A stretch of DNA of 63,111 nucleotides from Gammaproteobacteria bacterium (GTDB taxonomy: Bacteria; Pseudomonadota; Gammaproteobacteria; Steroidobacterales; Woeseiaceae), in contig JAOUNH010000001.1 of NCBI GenBank assembly GCA_029881055.1, forward strand, positions 1-63,111. The letters run 5' to 3'. Both the position numbers and the translations under genes were made by a program. How positions within the stretch are numbered: position 1 is the first letter of the stretch; every line of letters begins with the position of its first letter. The notes beneath the pieces were generated by a model that was given only the letters and a program-made list of their open reading frames with translations, was not told the DNA's origin and made no database searches. This document shows positions 1-8,608 of the stretch, piece by piece.

Positions 1-87
1 TTGCCCGTCGGCGCACTCACTGCAGCCATAGGCGTGCCCTTGTTCCTGGTGCTGATGAGCCGCGGACGACAAAACCGCTACGAGTAA
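1..87 (+). CDS. C-terminal fragment of a FecCD/BtuC-family ABC importer permease (5' end outside window)
   Basis: Frame 1 is open from the window edge to TAA at 85-87. It translates to LPVGALTAAIGVPLFLVLMSRGRQNRYE, the typical last hydrophobic helix plus basic tail of FecCD-type permeases. Confidence 0.55.
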   Translation: MPVGALTAAIGVPLFLVLMSRGRQNRYE

Positions 88-89
88 GC

Positions 90-983
90 TCAGTTAAAGC
101 CCGCTCTTTCGGCGAGCAGTCGTGCCTCCTGGTTACCCCAGCCGGCGACCGCGACGTTTCTTTGCATCCGCTCCCCATCCTCCGGCGGCCCCTGATTGAC
201 GATCAACCAGTTAATCAGTTGCTGGGCCCGCTCCGGGTTTTGCGCATGGCGGCCGACACCCATCGCACTGACGTCTATGTATGCAGGGGACGGCAGTACT
301 GTCCTCATGGCGTCCGTTACAGCGTTGTCGGACAGTATTCCGAACTGACAAACGCCCGACTCGAGCGCCACCACCAGTTCCGCTTCATGCGCAAATGGAG
401 GTGCCGCGAGATTCCTTACCCAGCCGCGTACGACTCGCTCCGCGGCCTTGCGTTCGAGATCTTCGATAAGCCAGGCAATGAGCGACTGATTGACCGAATT
501 CGCAATCGAGGAGAGACAAATTTTGCCGAGGTATGCCTCTGTCGCCAGCGCCTTGAAGTCGACTGTCGCAAGTTCGTCGCTTGTTGGTGAGGCAGCAATG
601 ATTGCCTTGCGGCTTTGCAACGATGCCCACAGGTTGTCCGGATCCTTGAGTGCACTGTGCACAGCGTCAAGCGTAGTGGTACTTATCGGGCGCAGCGCGC
701 CTTCGTAGGCCGCCAGTACGATGTCCGCAGCATTCGAGGTAATAAGCACATCAGCCGGCAATCCTTGTTTGGCTATTACAGCCGCAGTGTTCGCGCTCGA
801 ACTTCCCCAAACCGGCGTAATCGTTATGCCGGTATCGGACGTGAACGCGGCAAACAATGGTGCCAGGTTCGCCGGATCGTCTTCGGACGCATAGACAATC
901 AATGGCGGCCCCTCGGGCTGACTCGTATCGCCACAGGCAACCAGAATCATCAGTGCGACTGATACTGCGATCGTGCGCATCAC
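90..983 (-). CDS. Periplasmic solute-binding lipoprotein, Fe(3+)/FbpA-like family-1 SBP
   Basis: 297-aa ORF with a lipoprotein signal (ALMILVAC) and an overall SBP_bac_1-like layout (LIVYAS...ADVLITSN...). Its start overlaps the upstream GGDEF gene stop by 4 nt. Confidence 0.65.
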   Translation of the reverse strand: MMRTIAVSVALMILVACGDTSQPEGPPLIVYASEDDPANLAPLFAAFTSDTGITITPVWGSSSANTAAVIAKQGLPADVLITSNAADIVLAAYEGALRPISTTTLDAVHSALKDPDNLWASLQSRKAIIAASPTSDELATVDFKALATEAYLGKICLSSIANSVNQSLIAWLIEDLERKAAERVVRGWVRNLAAPPFAHEAELVVALESGVCQFGILSDNAVTDAMRTVLPSPAYIDVSAMGVGRHAQNPERAQQLINWLIVNQGPPEDGERMQRNVAVAGWGNQEARLLAERAGFN

Positions 984-2080
984 GCCGCCTCGACCATGAC
1001 CCGATCGCGGCCCGCCGACTTGGCGGCATACAAAGCTACATCGGCACGCGCAATCAGGGCATCGCCAATGGTTTTCAAATCACGGTCATCGGGTCGCGGC
1101 CGAACTTCGGCGATGCCTATCGAGACGGTCACCGTTACCGACTCGCCATTCGGCAGCTCGAAAGGCGTTTTGGAAATCGCGGCACGAATTCGCTCTGCCA
1201 GAAGCTTCGCCGAAGAAACTTCCGTGTTCGGCAACAACACCACAAACTCCTCTCCGCCGAACCTTGCTGCGACATCACTCGCTCGCACCTGCGACTCGAT
1301 ACGCAAGGCCAGCTCCCGCAATACAGCATCTCCTGCTGCATGTCCCCAGGTGTCGTTGACGCGTTTGAAGTGATCGATATCAAGCATCAGGCAAACGATG
1401 CCCGTCCGGTCACGTCGCGCCCGCGCCAGTTCCTCGCCGAGACGAACCATCAGGTAGCGACGGTTGTTCCAGCCCGTCAACATATCGGTAAATCCACTGC
1501 GCAACAGACGCGCGCGGTTAACGGTGTTCTCCACGCAGAACGAGGCGATAACACCAAGATGCGCAAGAAAATCGCTGGCATGATCACGAGTGAAGCGTGA
1601 CGCATCGGTACTGCAAAGATTGATGCTGCCAAGCAATTTACCGCGATGTTTCAGCGGAATCATCGCGATGCTCTTAATACCGCTGGCGTTGGGGCAGACA
1701 AGCTGATGATCGCAGGCAGCGAACGATCCTAACCAGGGTTGATGCAGGGCAACGTACTGCGGCGCATATCCCGCAAGCGACTCGACCATCAGAAGATTGG
1801 TTATGCGCTCAGCGGGCGTGCCATTTGCTATCAACAGATGACGAATGTCGTGGTCCGGGTCGCAGAGCACAACGCTCACGTATTCAAGACCGTAACTTTC
1901 CCGGAGGCCATCGACCATGACATGCAACAGGGCATTGAGATCCTCCGCCTGCAGCAAACTCAATTCGCGCTGCTGCGAGCGCTGCAACTTTTCAGCGTTG
2001 CTTGCGACCTCTTCTATGAGTGCATCGCGGCGACGATGCGCGTCAGCTATTTGTGTCTCAAGTTCCTTTATTGTCAGCAT
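980..2080 (-). CDS. Diguanylate cyclase with N-terminal coiled coil and GAF-like sensor domain
   Basis: GGEEF active-site motif (ARFGGEEFVVLLPN) with an RxxD I-site (RASD) five residues upstream. The typical DIDHFKRVND segment is present, and the N-terminal half looks GAF-like. Confidence 0.9.
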   Translation of the reverse strand: MLTIKELETQIADAHRRRDALIEEVASNAEKLQRSQQRELSLLQAEDLNALLHVMVDGLRESYGLEYVSVVLCDPDHDIRHLLIANGTPAERITNLLMVESLAGYAPQYVALHQPWLGSFAACDHQLVCPNASGIKSIAMIPLKHRGKLLGSINLCSTDASRFTRDHASDFLAHLGVIASFCVENTVNRARLLRSGFTDMLTGWNNRRYLMVRLGEELARARRDRTGIVCLMLDIDHFKRVNDTWGHAAGDAVLRELALRIESQVRASDVAARFGGEEFVVLLPNTEVSSAKLLAERIRAAISKTPFELPNGESVTVTVSIGIAEVRPRPDDRDLKTIGDALIARADVALYAAKSAGRDRVMVEAA

Positions 2081-2104
2081 GAGCAGCCTCTCCCTAGCGT
2101 CTCA

Positions 2105-3190
2105 TCAACCCCGAAGTGCGAGGTATTCGCGGCCCTTGTTCATAAGCGCAACGAAAGCCTCTTCATCACCGCCCGCGACCGTTTCGCGTATTCTCTTTGC
2201 GGCCTCGCACAATGCATCGAGCGGTCCCAGCCCGAACTTGTTCAGATTCTGAATTTCGAAATACAGGTGCGGGTTGTCCCGTGCAACCGCCGCCGACACA
2301 AGTAACTGCGAGTCGAAGGTCGTCGAGGACATTTGCGCGAGCTTCGGTGCCGCCTCGCCGCTTTCGGCCAAAGCAGTGAAGAATGCAATGTTCAGGGCGT
2401 GTGACAAACCAAGCACGTAGGCAATCAGTCGATCGTGATCCTCGAGGCCCATGTCCAGTTGTTCCACCATGGTCGCGGCGAACAGTTCTTTCGCCGCCGC
2501 AGTCGCCTCCGCATCCCCGACATCGCAGAAAATCAGGTGGCGACTGGACAGCAGCCGCGTGTCAGGTCCGAACATCGGGTGCAGGGACGTGATTCGACAA
2601 CCCGCCGACAACAATTCCTTCAAGCCATCCATGAGCGGCGACTTCAGAGAACCGATGTCGAACACGAGACCTTTGGGTTTGAGCACCGCAAGCTGAGCCA
2701 GGATCCGGCCCGAGACGGCCAACGGCGCCGCGACCACGATCACGTCGAAATCCACGCCCGCATCCGTCCAGGTGCTGAATAAACCGGGGCCGGTCGTGAC
2801 CGCTGGATCGGCGATCGTCGTCGAATACCCTTGTGATGAAAAGAACTCGGCGAACCAGCGGCCCATCTTGCCAGCACCACCGATAACCAGGGCACTCCGG
2901 CCGCCGCCCTTGCCTTCCGCGACCACGCGCTCGCGTTCCTGACTCTCCAGGGACGTCCGAATCAGCATTTCGAGCAATTTTTCGACAAGGTCGGGGTCGA
3001 CGCCCATTTCAAGGGCTTGCTTGCGGCCCATTTCGAGCACGTCTTTCTCGCGCGCATAGTCGCGGGTGCCAGCGCCGGTCTTGAGTTTGAACTTGCCAAT
3101 CTCGGCAACCAGCCGCTGTCTTTCGGCAATCATCTCCACGAGACGCCGGTCAACAGATGACAGATTGGTGCGAAGTTCGTCGAGGTTCAT
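2105..3190 (-). CDS. tyrA: Bifunctional chorismate mutase / prephenate dehydrogenase (T-protein)
   Basis: N-terminal chorismate-mutase helix (LRTNLSSVDRRLVEMIAERQRLVAEIGKFK) followed by a Rossmann motif (VIGGAGKMGRWF) and a prephenate dehydrogenase body. Length is 361 aa. Confidence 0.85.
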   Translation of the reverse strand: MNLDELRTNLSSVDRRLVEMIAERQRLVAEIGKFKLKTGAGTRDYAREKDVLEMGRKQALEMGVDPDLVEKLLEMLIRTSLESQERERVVAEGKGGGRSALVIGGAGKMGRWFAEFFSSQGYSTTIADPAVTTGPGLFSTWTDAGVDFDVIVVAAPLAVSGRILAQLAVLKPKGLVFDIGSLKSPLMDGLKELLSAGCRITSLHPMFGPDTRLLSSRHLIFCDVGDAEATAAAKELFAATMVEQLDMGLEDHDRLIAYVLGLSHALNIAFFTALAESGEAAPKLAQMSSTTFDSQLLVSAAVARDNPHLYFEIQNLNKFGLGPLDALCEAAKRIRETVAGGDEEAFVALMNKGREYLALRG

Positions 3191-3227
3191 CCGCCACTGT
3201 TTTACAGGAGTGACGCTCGCAGGGAAA

Positions 3228-3253
3228 GCCGGCCCGGGAACATTCGGGCCGGC
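3228..3253 (-). terminator. GC-rich hairpin downstream of the 110-aa secreted-protein gene
   Basis: Perfect 9-bp stem GCCGGCCCG / CGGGCCGGC with an 8-nt loop. On the minus strand it is followed only by a short TTT run. Confidence 0.4.
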
Positions 3254-3282
3254 CCTGGCACGTCGACGGCGCCTCGGTGTTG

Positions 3283-3615
3283 TTAGTGTCTGTAGTAGCT
3301 GTGGCTACGCCGATGCCTGTCGCGGGTATTCTCCCAACGGTAAATGTCGAACAACTCGTGCCATGACAGGTATGGGTTTCGTTGCAGCCGGGAGTGCTTG
3401 TACCAATGGCGAAACGAGCGGTCCTCTTTCAGCCACCGCGGCATGCTCGAAGCACGTACCGGTGTCGCATGACGATGGTCACGATAGCGCGTGTCATTGC
3501 GATAGTGTGCCGGCACTCGGTACGCGGTCCAGGACTCCTCGTGGGCTGCGGCGTCGGGCGTATCGATGAGTAACAGACCACAGGCCATGAAAATAGAAAT
3601 AATGGTTTTGTTCAT
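3283..3615 (-). CDS. Small secreted His/Arg/Tyr/Trp-rich protein, unknown function
   Basis: 110-aa ORF with an N-terminal signal peptide (MNKTIISIFMACGLLLIDTPDAAA) and a GGAG Shine-Dalgarno about 8 nt upstream. The mature part is very basic and aromatic. Confidence 0.5.
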   Translation of the reverse strand: MNKTIISIFMACGLLLIDTPDAAAHEESWTAYRVPAHYRNDTRYRDHRHATPVRASSMPRWLKEDRSFRHWYKHSRLQRNPYLSWHELFDIYRWENTRDRHRRSHSYYRH

Positions 3616-3781
3616 GTTAGGGCTCCGGTTTATCCATTCACGCCTGCAGCTTAAGGTCTGCCAGATGAACCCACGATGAAGACAACTAATTGTTTTTAAA
3701 GATTTTATGAACAGCAGATGAACGAGTCCTGCAATCGTGAGAACATGCCGTTGATCCGATCCTGCAATTTCCTGGAGATAG

Positions 3782-4897
<1,116 letters not shown>

Positions 4898-4908
4898 CTC
4901 CCGAATCA

Positions 4909-6435
4909 GTGTCTGACGTTGCAGTAGCTACAAGCTCTCAGCTGGCCGCTGATGCTGCGCGCGAGATCGCCGCCGGCGGCGGCAATGCCGTTGATTGCGC
5001 GCTCGCCGCTGCCCTGTTCACAATGAATACGGAACCCGGTGTCTGTGCCCTGGCAGGCAGTGCCTTCATTACCGTATGGACCGAGAACGGCGAGCCCTGC
5101 ACGATCGATGGCAATGTCGCCGTCCCCGGCGCCGGCTTACCGCAAGAGGCGCGGGGTCACGGCGCGGTGCCAATTTCCATGGACTACGGCGCGGGAATCA
5201 AGACCCTGGTGGGTCCCGGCTCGGTTTCCGTACCCGGCTCGCTTGCTGCGCTTGAATGCGCCTGGAAGAAGTATGGCAATGCAAGCTGGAAGGACCTGTT
5301 CGCACCGACGATTCGCGCCACACGAGAGGGCTTTCCCCTGCCCGCCGCTTGCCACTATTACCTCGGCTATTCCGGCGACTGCATTTTCGGTCGCAGTGCC
5401 GATGGCTACCGCGCGTTACACCATGAAGACGGATCGCTGCGCGATGTCGGCAGCGCAGTCGTCATTCCGCACCTCGCCGACTCTTTGGAGTCGATTGCAC
5501 AGGAAGGCGCCCGACTCTTTTACGAGGGAGAACTCGGTGCGACCCTGTCCGATCACTGTCGTGACGGCGGCGGTATGCTGACCCGCGAGGACCTCGCTTC
5601 CTACCACGCGATAGAGAGAGACCCCCTGATTGCCGAAATTGGCGGTTGGTCGATTGCGACAAATCCGCCGCCCGCTATTGGCGGGGCCGTGCTGTCGGCG
5701 TTGCTGCTCTCCTGTTCCGACATTCGAGATCGGGAGTGGAACAGGAATTCTCTGCTTCAACTGATCGATTCGCAGCGCGCCTGTCTCGATTTCCGAGCGC
5801 ATACGCTGGACCTTGCCGACGACCTTGATGCCGAGGTCGCCCGGTTATTATCACTGGCCAGGAGCGGCCAACTTCTCACTCGCTGGACTTCTGCCTCAAC
5901 CGTCCATACCTCGGTTGTCGACAGCAATGGCACCGGCTGCGCGATAACGGCTTCGTCCGGCTACGGTTCGGGTGAAATGCCCGCCGGTACGGGACTGTGG
6001 CTAAACAACTGCCTTGGCGAAATCGAGCTGAATCGCCGCGGTCTCGATGCGGGACCCATCGGCGCGCGATTGCCCTCCAATATGGCACCGAGTGTTGCCC
6101 GTCGTGACGGTTCGGTGCTTGCGGTAGGATCGCCCGGTGCCGATCGAATCACCACCGCGATGCAACAATTTCTGATCAACTACCTGTTGTTTGAGATGCA
6201 ACTTGACGATGCCATCGCGCATCCTCGCGTGCATGTCGATACCAGCGGCAAAAGCATGAGATTGATGTCGGAACCTGGATTGGACCTTCCTGACACCGAT
6301 CTCCCCGCGGTTGAGTTTCCGCATCTCGGCATGTATTTCGGCGGGATCGGCGCGGCAGTATTTAGCCCATCGGACGGCCTTGCGACGGCCGCGGACCCAC
6401 GACGCGAGGGTGGCACTTGCTTGTACGAACACTAG
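4909..6435 (+). CDS. Gamma-glutamyltransferase-family protein (no obvious signal peptide)
   Basis: 508 aa with a GTG start. GGT-like N-terminus (GGNAVDCALAAAL) and a candidate autoprocessing/nucleophile region (STVHTSVVDSNG). Confidence 0.75.
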   Translation: MSDVAVATSSQLAADAAREIAAGGGNAVDCALAAALFTMNTEPGVCALAGSAFITVWTENGEPCTIDGNVAVPGAGLPQEARGHGAVPISMDYGAGIKTLVGPGSVSVPGSLAALECAWKKYGNASWKDLFAPTIRATREGFPLPAACHYYLGYSGDCIFGRSADGYRALHHEDGSLRDVGSAVVIPHLADSLESIAQEGARLFYEGELGATLSDHCRDGGGMLTREDLASYHAIERDPLIAEIGGWSIATNPPPAIGGAVLSALLLSCSDIRDREWNRNSLLQLIDSQRACLDFRAHTLDLADDLDAEVARLLSLARSGQLLTRWTSASTVHTSVVDSNGTGCAITASSGYGSGEMPAGTGLWLNNCLGEIELNRRGLDAGPIGARLPSNMAPSVARRDGSVLAVGSPGADRITTAMQQFLINYLLFEMQLDDAIAHPRVHVDTSGKSMRLMSEPGLDLPDTDLPAVEFPHLGMYFGGIGAAVFSPSDGLATAADPRREGGTCLYEH

Positions 6436-8039
6436 TTATTCTGGCCTGCAGCGTTTGCCTCAGTCCGCTGGCCATTGCACAGACCACAATCGATCGAGGT
6501 ACCAACATATCGGTGGATGTTTCCCGTGACGGCCAGCTCGCGATCGACCTGCGCGGCGACATCTGGATCGTGCCGGGTGATGGTGGCGAAGCGCGCCAGC
6601 TCACGCAAAACCTGAAGTCCGCCCGCCGGCCGCGATGGTCTGCGGACGGCTCGCGGCTTGTCTACTCGGCCACCTCCGGCGATCAACAGGGCATGTGGAT
6701 CCATGATCTCAATAGCGGCGAAGCACACGCTCTCAGCGCCGACGCCACTTTGGATTTTTTCCCGTCCTGGCACCCTGACGGGCAGCGAATACTGTACTCA
6801 TCGGAAGTTCACGGCACCGGCATCGACCTGTGGGAGATGGATATTCCCACCGAACTGCGCTGGCGCATCAGCAACCGCCCGGGCGACGAAACCGATGCGG
6901 CCTGGTCGGCTGATGGAGAGGACCTCGTCTACGTACATTACCTGGACGACACCTGGTCATTGATCCTGCGAGAACGGTCACAACCCGAGGAGGTGCTGGT
7001 TCGCTCTTCCAGCCGGATCGCGGCACCTTCCTTCAGGCCGGACGGCAGTCTGATTACCTATTTTCAGCAAGGTGATGCGGGTACCTCGCTCAACATGGTT
7101 ATCCTGTCGCGTCCACGCCTGGTAAGGATGTATGCGACCAACGAGCCGTTTTTCCTCGCGCCGGTCAGCTGGCTCGACCGGGAACGAATGTACTACGCGG
7201 CCGGCGGGCAAATCCGGCAACGGCGCTTCGATGCATGGACGTCGCGCCCCCTGAATTTCAGGGCGACGATTCAGCCCGTCATCCAGGCGACGGTCAATCG
7301 AGTACGACCAACGATCGCCTGGCTCGATGTGCCGAATGAAAGTCTCGTGATCCGTGCGCATCGACTGTTCGACGGCATCGACGATAATTACCAGTACGAC
7401 AAGGACATCCTCATTGAGCGCGGTCGCATCGAAAGCGTGGAGGACCACAGGGACCGGCCCGGGACGATTGTTATCGACCTCGGCGACCTTACGATATTGC
7501 CAGGACTCATCGACGCCGACGCTCGCCTGCCCGCTGATCTCGGCGCCGCTCACGGCCCTGACCTTCTGACGATGGGCATAACAACCATCATCGCGAGCCA
7601 CGCCGACGGAGCACGATTGAATGAAATTTGGTCCGGCAAGCAGCTTCCCGGACCGAGATTTCTGGATGCCGCAGAATGGCAAACCGGGCCGATACCGGCG
7701 CCGGATCTGGATGTCACCGCAGCAGTCGTTACCAGTCGGGCGACGGGCTTACCGGCTGGCGAAGCATTGGCCACCGAGTTCCGGGCCATGCAAATTGCAG
7801 GACTGACACCACTGCAGACATTGCGAGGATTGGGTGTCAACGCGGCCGGTGCGCTACTCGCCGACCCTTATATTGGCCGTATCGCGACTGGCGCCGCAGC
7901 CGACCTGATTTTCGTCGACGGGGACCCGCTGACGAATCTGAGCCATGTGCTAAATGTGGTCGCTGTGGTCCGGAACGGACGGTTCTACAGCGTTTCCGGC
8001 CTGGTCGACCGCGCCAAAAGCGCCGCAACTGTCGAATAA
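6417..8039 (+). CDS. Secreted TolB-like beta-propeller fused to an amidohydrolase-fold domain (metal-binding HxH motif not conserved)
   Basis: TTG start with a signal peptide (LVILACSVCLSPLAIAQ). WD40-like/TolB repeats are present (PRWSADGSRLVYS, PSWHPDGQRILYSS, AAWSADGEDLVY, PSFRPDGSLITY). The C-terminal amidohydrolase pattern is PGLIDADARL ... DLIFVDGDPL. Confidence 0.75.
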   Translation: MLVRTLVILACSVCLSPLAIAQTTIDRGTNISVDVSRDGQLAIDLRGDIWIVPGDGGEARQLTQNLKSARRPRWSADGSRLVYSATSGDQQGMWIHDLNSGEAHALSADATLDFFPSWHPDGQRILYSSEVHGTGIDLWEMDIPTELRWRISNRPGDETDAAWSADGEDLVYVHYLDDTWSLILRERSQPEEVLVRSSSRIAAPSFRPDGSLITYFQQGDAGTSLNMVILSRPRLVRMYATNEPFFLAPVSWLDRERMYYAAGGQIRQRRFDAWTSRPLNFRATIQPVIQATVNRVRPTIAWLDVPNESLVIRAHRLFDGIDDNYQYDKDILIERGRIESVEDHRDRPGTIVIDLGDLTILPGLIDADARLPADLGAAHGPDLLTMGITTIIASHADGARLNEIWSGKQLPGPRFLDAAEWQTGPIPAPDLDVTAAVVTSRATGLPAGEALATEFRAMQIAGLTPLQTLRGLGVNAAGALLADPYIGRIATGAAADLIFVDGDPLTNLSHVLNVVAVVRNGRFYSVSGLVDRAKSAATVE

Positions 8040-8312
8040 TTTGACAAAACCTGCCTGCTGACGGGCGCGTTACGAGGTCGAGTACGGATTGGACATAATG
8101 AGCCCCGTTTGGGTTACCGAAAACAAAGGCTCGCCAGCTGCCATTGCTGTATTTTTGATATTTGTCAAGCAGTTGCGAAAATGCATTGCGCAAGCGCATG
8201 ACCCCGACGGCGCCAAAAGTGTCGGGAATTTTTACAAGATGAGTTTCGAAGCAGGCACGCAAAGGATTGAGCAGTCGCTAAATCATTGATATCGCGGTGC
8301 GGGCACGTCGGT

Positions 8313-8328
8313 TGGCACAGCTCTTGCT
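8313..8328 (+). promoter_or_regulatory. Sigma-54 (RpoN) -24/-12 promoter motif
   Basis: TGGCACAGCTCTTGCT matches the consensus TGGCAC-N5-TTGCW at every fixed position. It lies in a gene-free gap 280 bp upstream of the next CDS. Confidence 0.6.
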
Positions 8329-8338
8329 TTTAATACTC

Positions 8339-8543
8339 TGCCCAAGCGAAGTGTAGCTGCGCTCGGTAATACAACGGACACATATGGGATTTAGACGCCA
8401 GAAGAAAAATAACTATAAAAATAAGAAGATCCAAATCCAATAACAATAAGACAAACTCTGTTTCCGGTTACCGTATTCGCAGTTACCTCTTTTGAAAAAA
8501 AGAGAAATCCAGCCCCGCCGCTAACGCCTCGGGGCTTTTTCTT
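8339..8543 (+). ncRNA. Candidate sigma-54-dependent A-rich small RNA (alternatively the 5' leader of the 8609 operon)
   Basis: Predicted start is about 12 nt after the -12 GC. An A-rich block at 8399-8455 has several AAnAAnAA matches. A 7-bp hairpin with a GAAA loop lies at 8487-8504, and a GC-rich hairpin plus T-run at 8511-8543. No credible ORF is present. Confidence 0.4.
8511..8543 (+). terminator. Intrinsic terminator-like hairpin
   Basis: Stem AGCCCCG (8511-8517) / CGGGGCT (8530-8536) followed by TTTTTCTT, about 65 nt upstream of the ATG at 8609. Confidence 0.55.
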
Positions 8544-8608
8544 GTGTGGCACTTTGCCCTTTTGCGTGAGTCCGAATAGGATCAGCACACCATGAACGGG
8601 GAAACACC

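Noticed and set aside
3254-3270. TGGCACGTCGACGGC as a sigma-54 promoter
   Set aside because: GG-N10-GC spacing is present, but the -12 element is CGGC rather than TTGC. The motif also points into the antisense strand of the 110-aa gene with nothing to transcribe.
7837-8262. 141-aa minus-strand ORF as a real gene (possible HigB-like toxin)
   Set aside because: It has no stop before running about 200 nt antisense into the amidohydrolase gene. The resemblance to HigB/RelE is weak and partial, and there is no room for an antitoxin partner. I kept it only as a low-interest possible remnant.
8543-8562. Second TGGCAC (TGGCACTTTGCCCTTTTGCG) just after the terminator as another sigma-54 promoter
   Set aside because: The GC dinucleotide is not at the required -12 spacing. 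TGGCAC-N5 is followed by CCTT, not TTGC.
8285-8608. Cobalamin riboswitch, expected because of nearby BtuF/BtuD/PduO-type genes. I also checked upstream of 11743, 13424 and 18490.
   Set aside because: I could not recognise a B12-box-like core or the characteristic GC-rich multi-stem architecture by eye. The other candidate positions have essentially no intergenic space. A covariance-model scan (Rfam RF00174) would be needed to exclude it formally.
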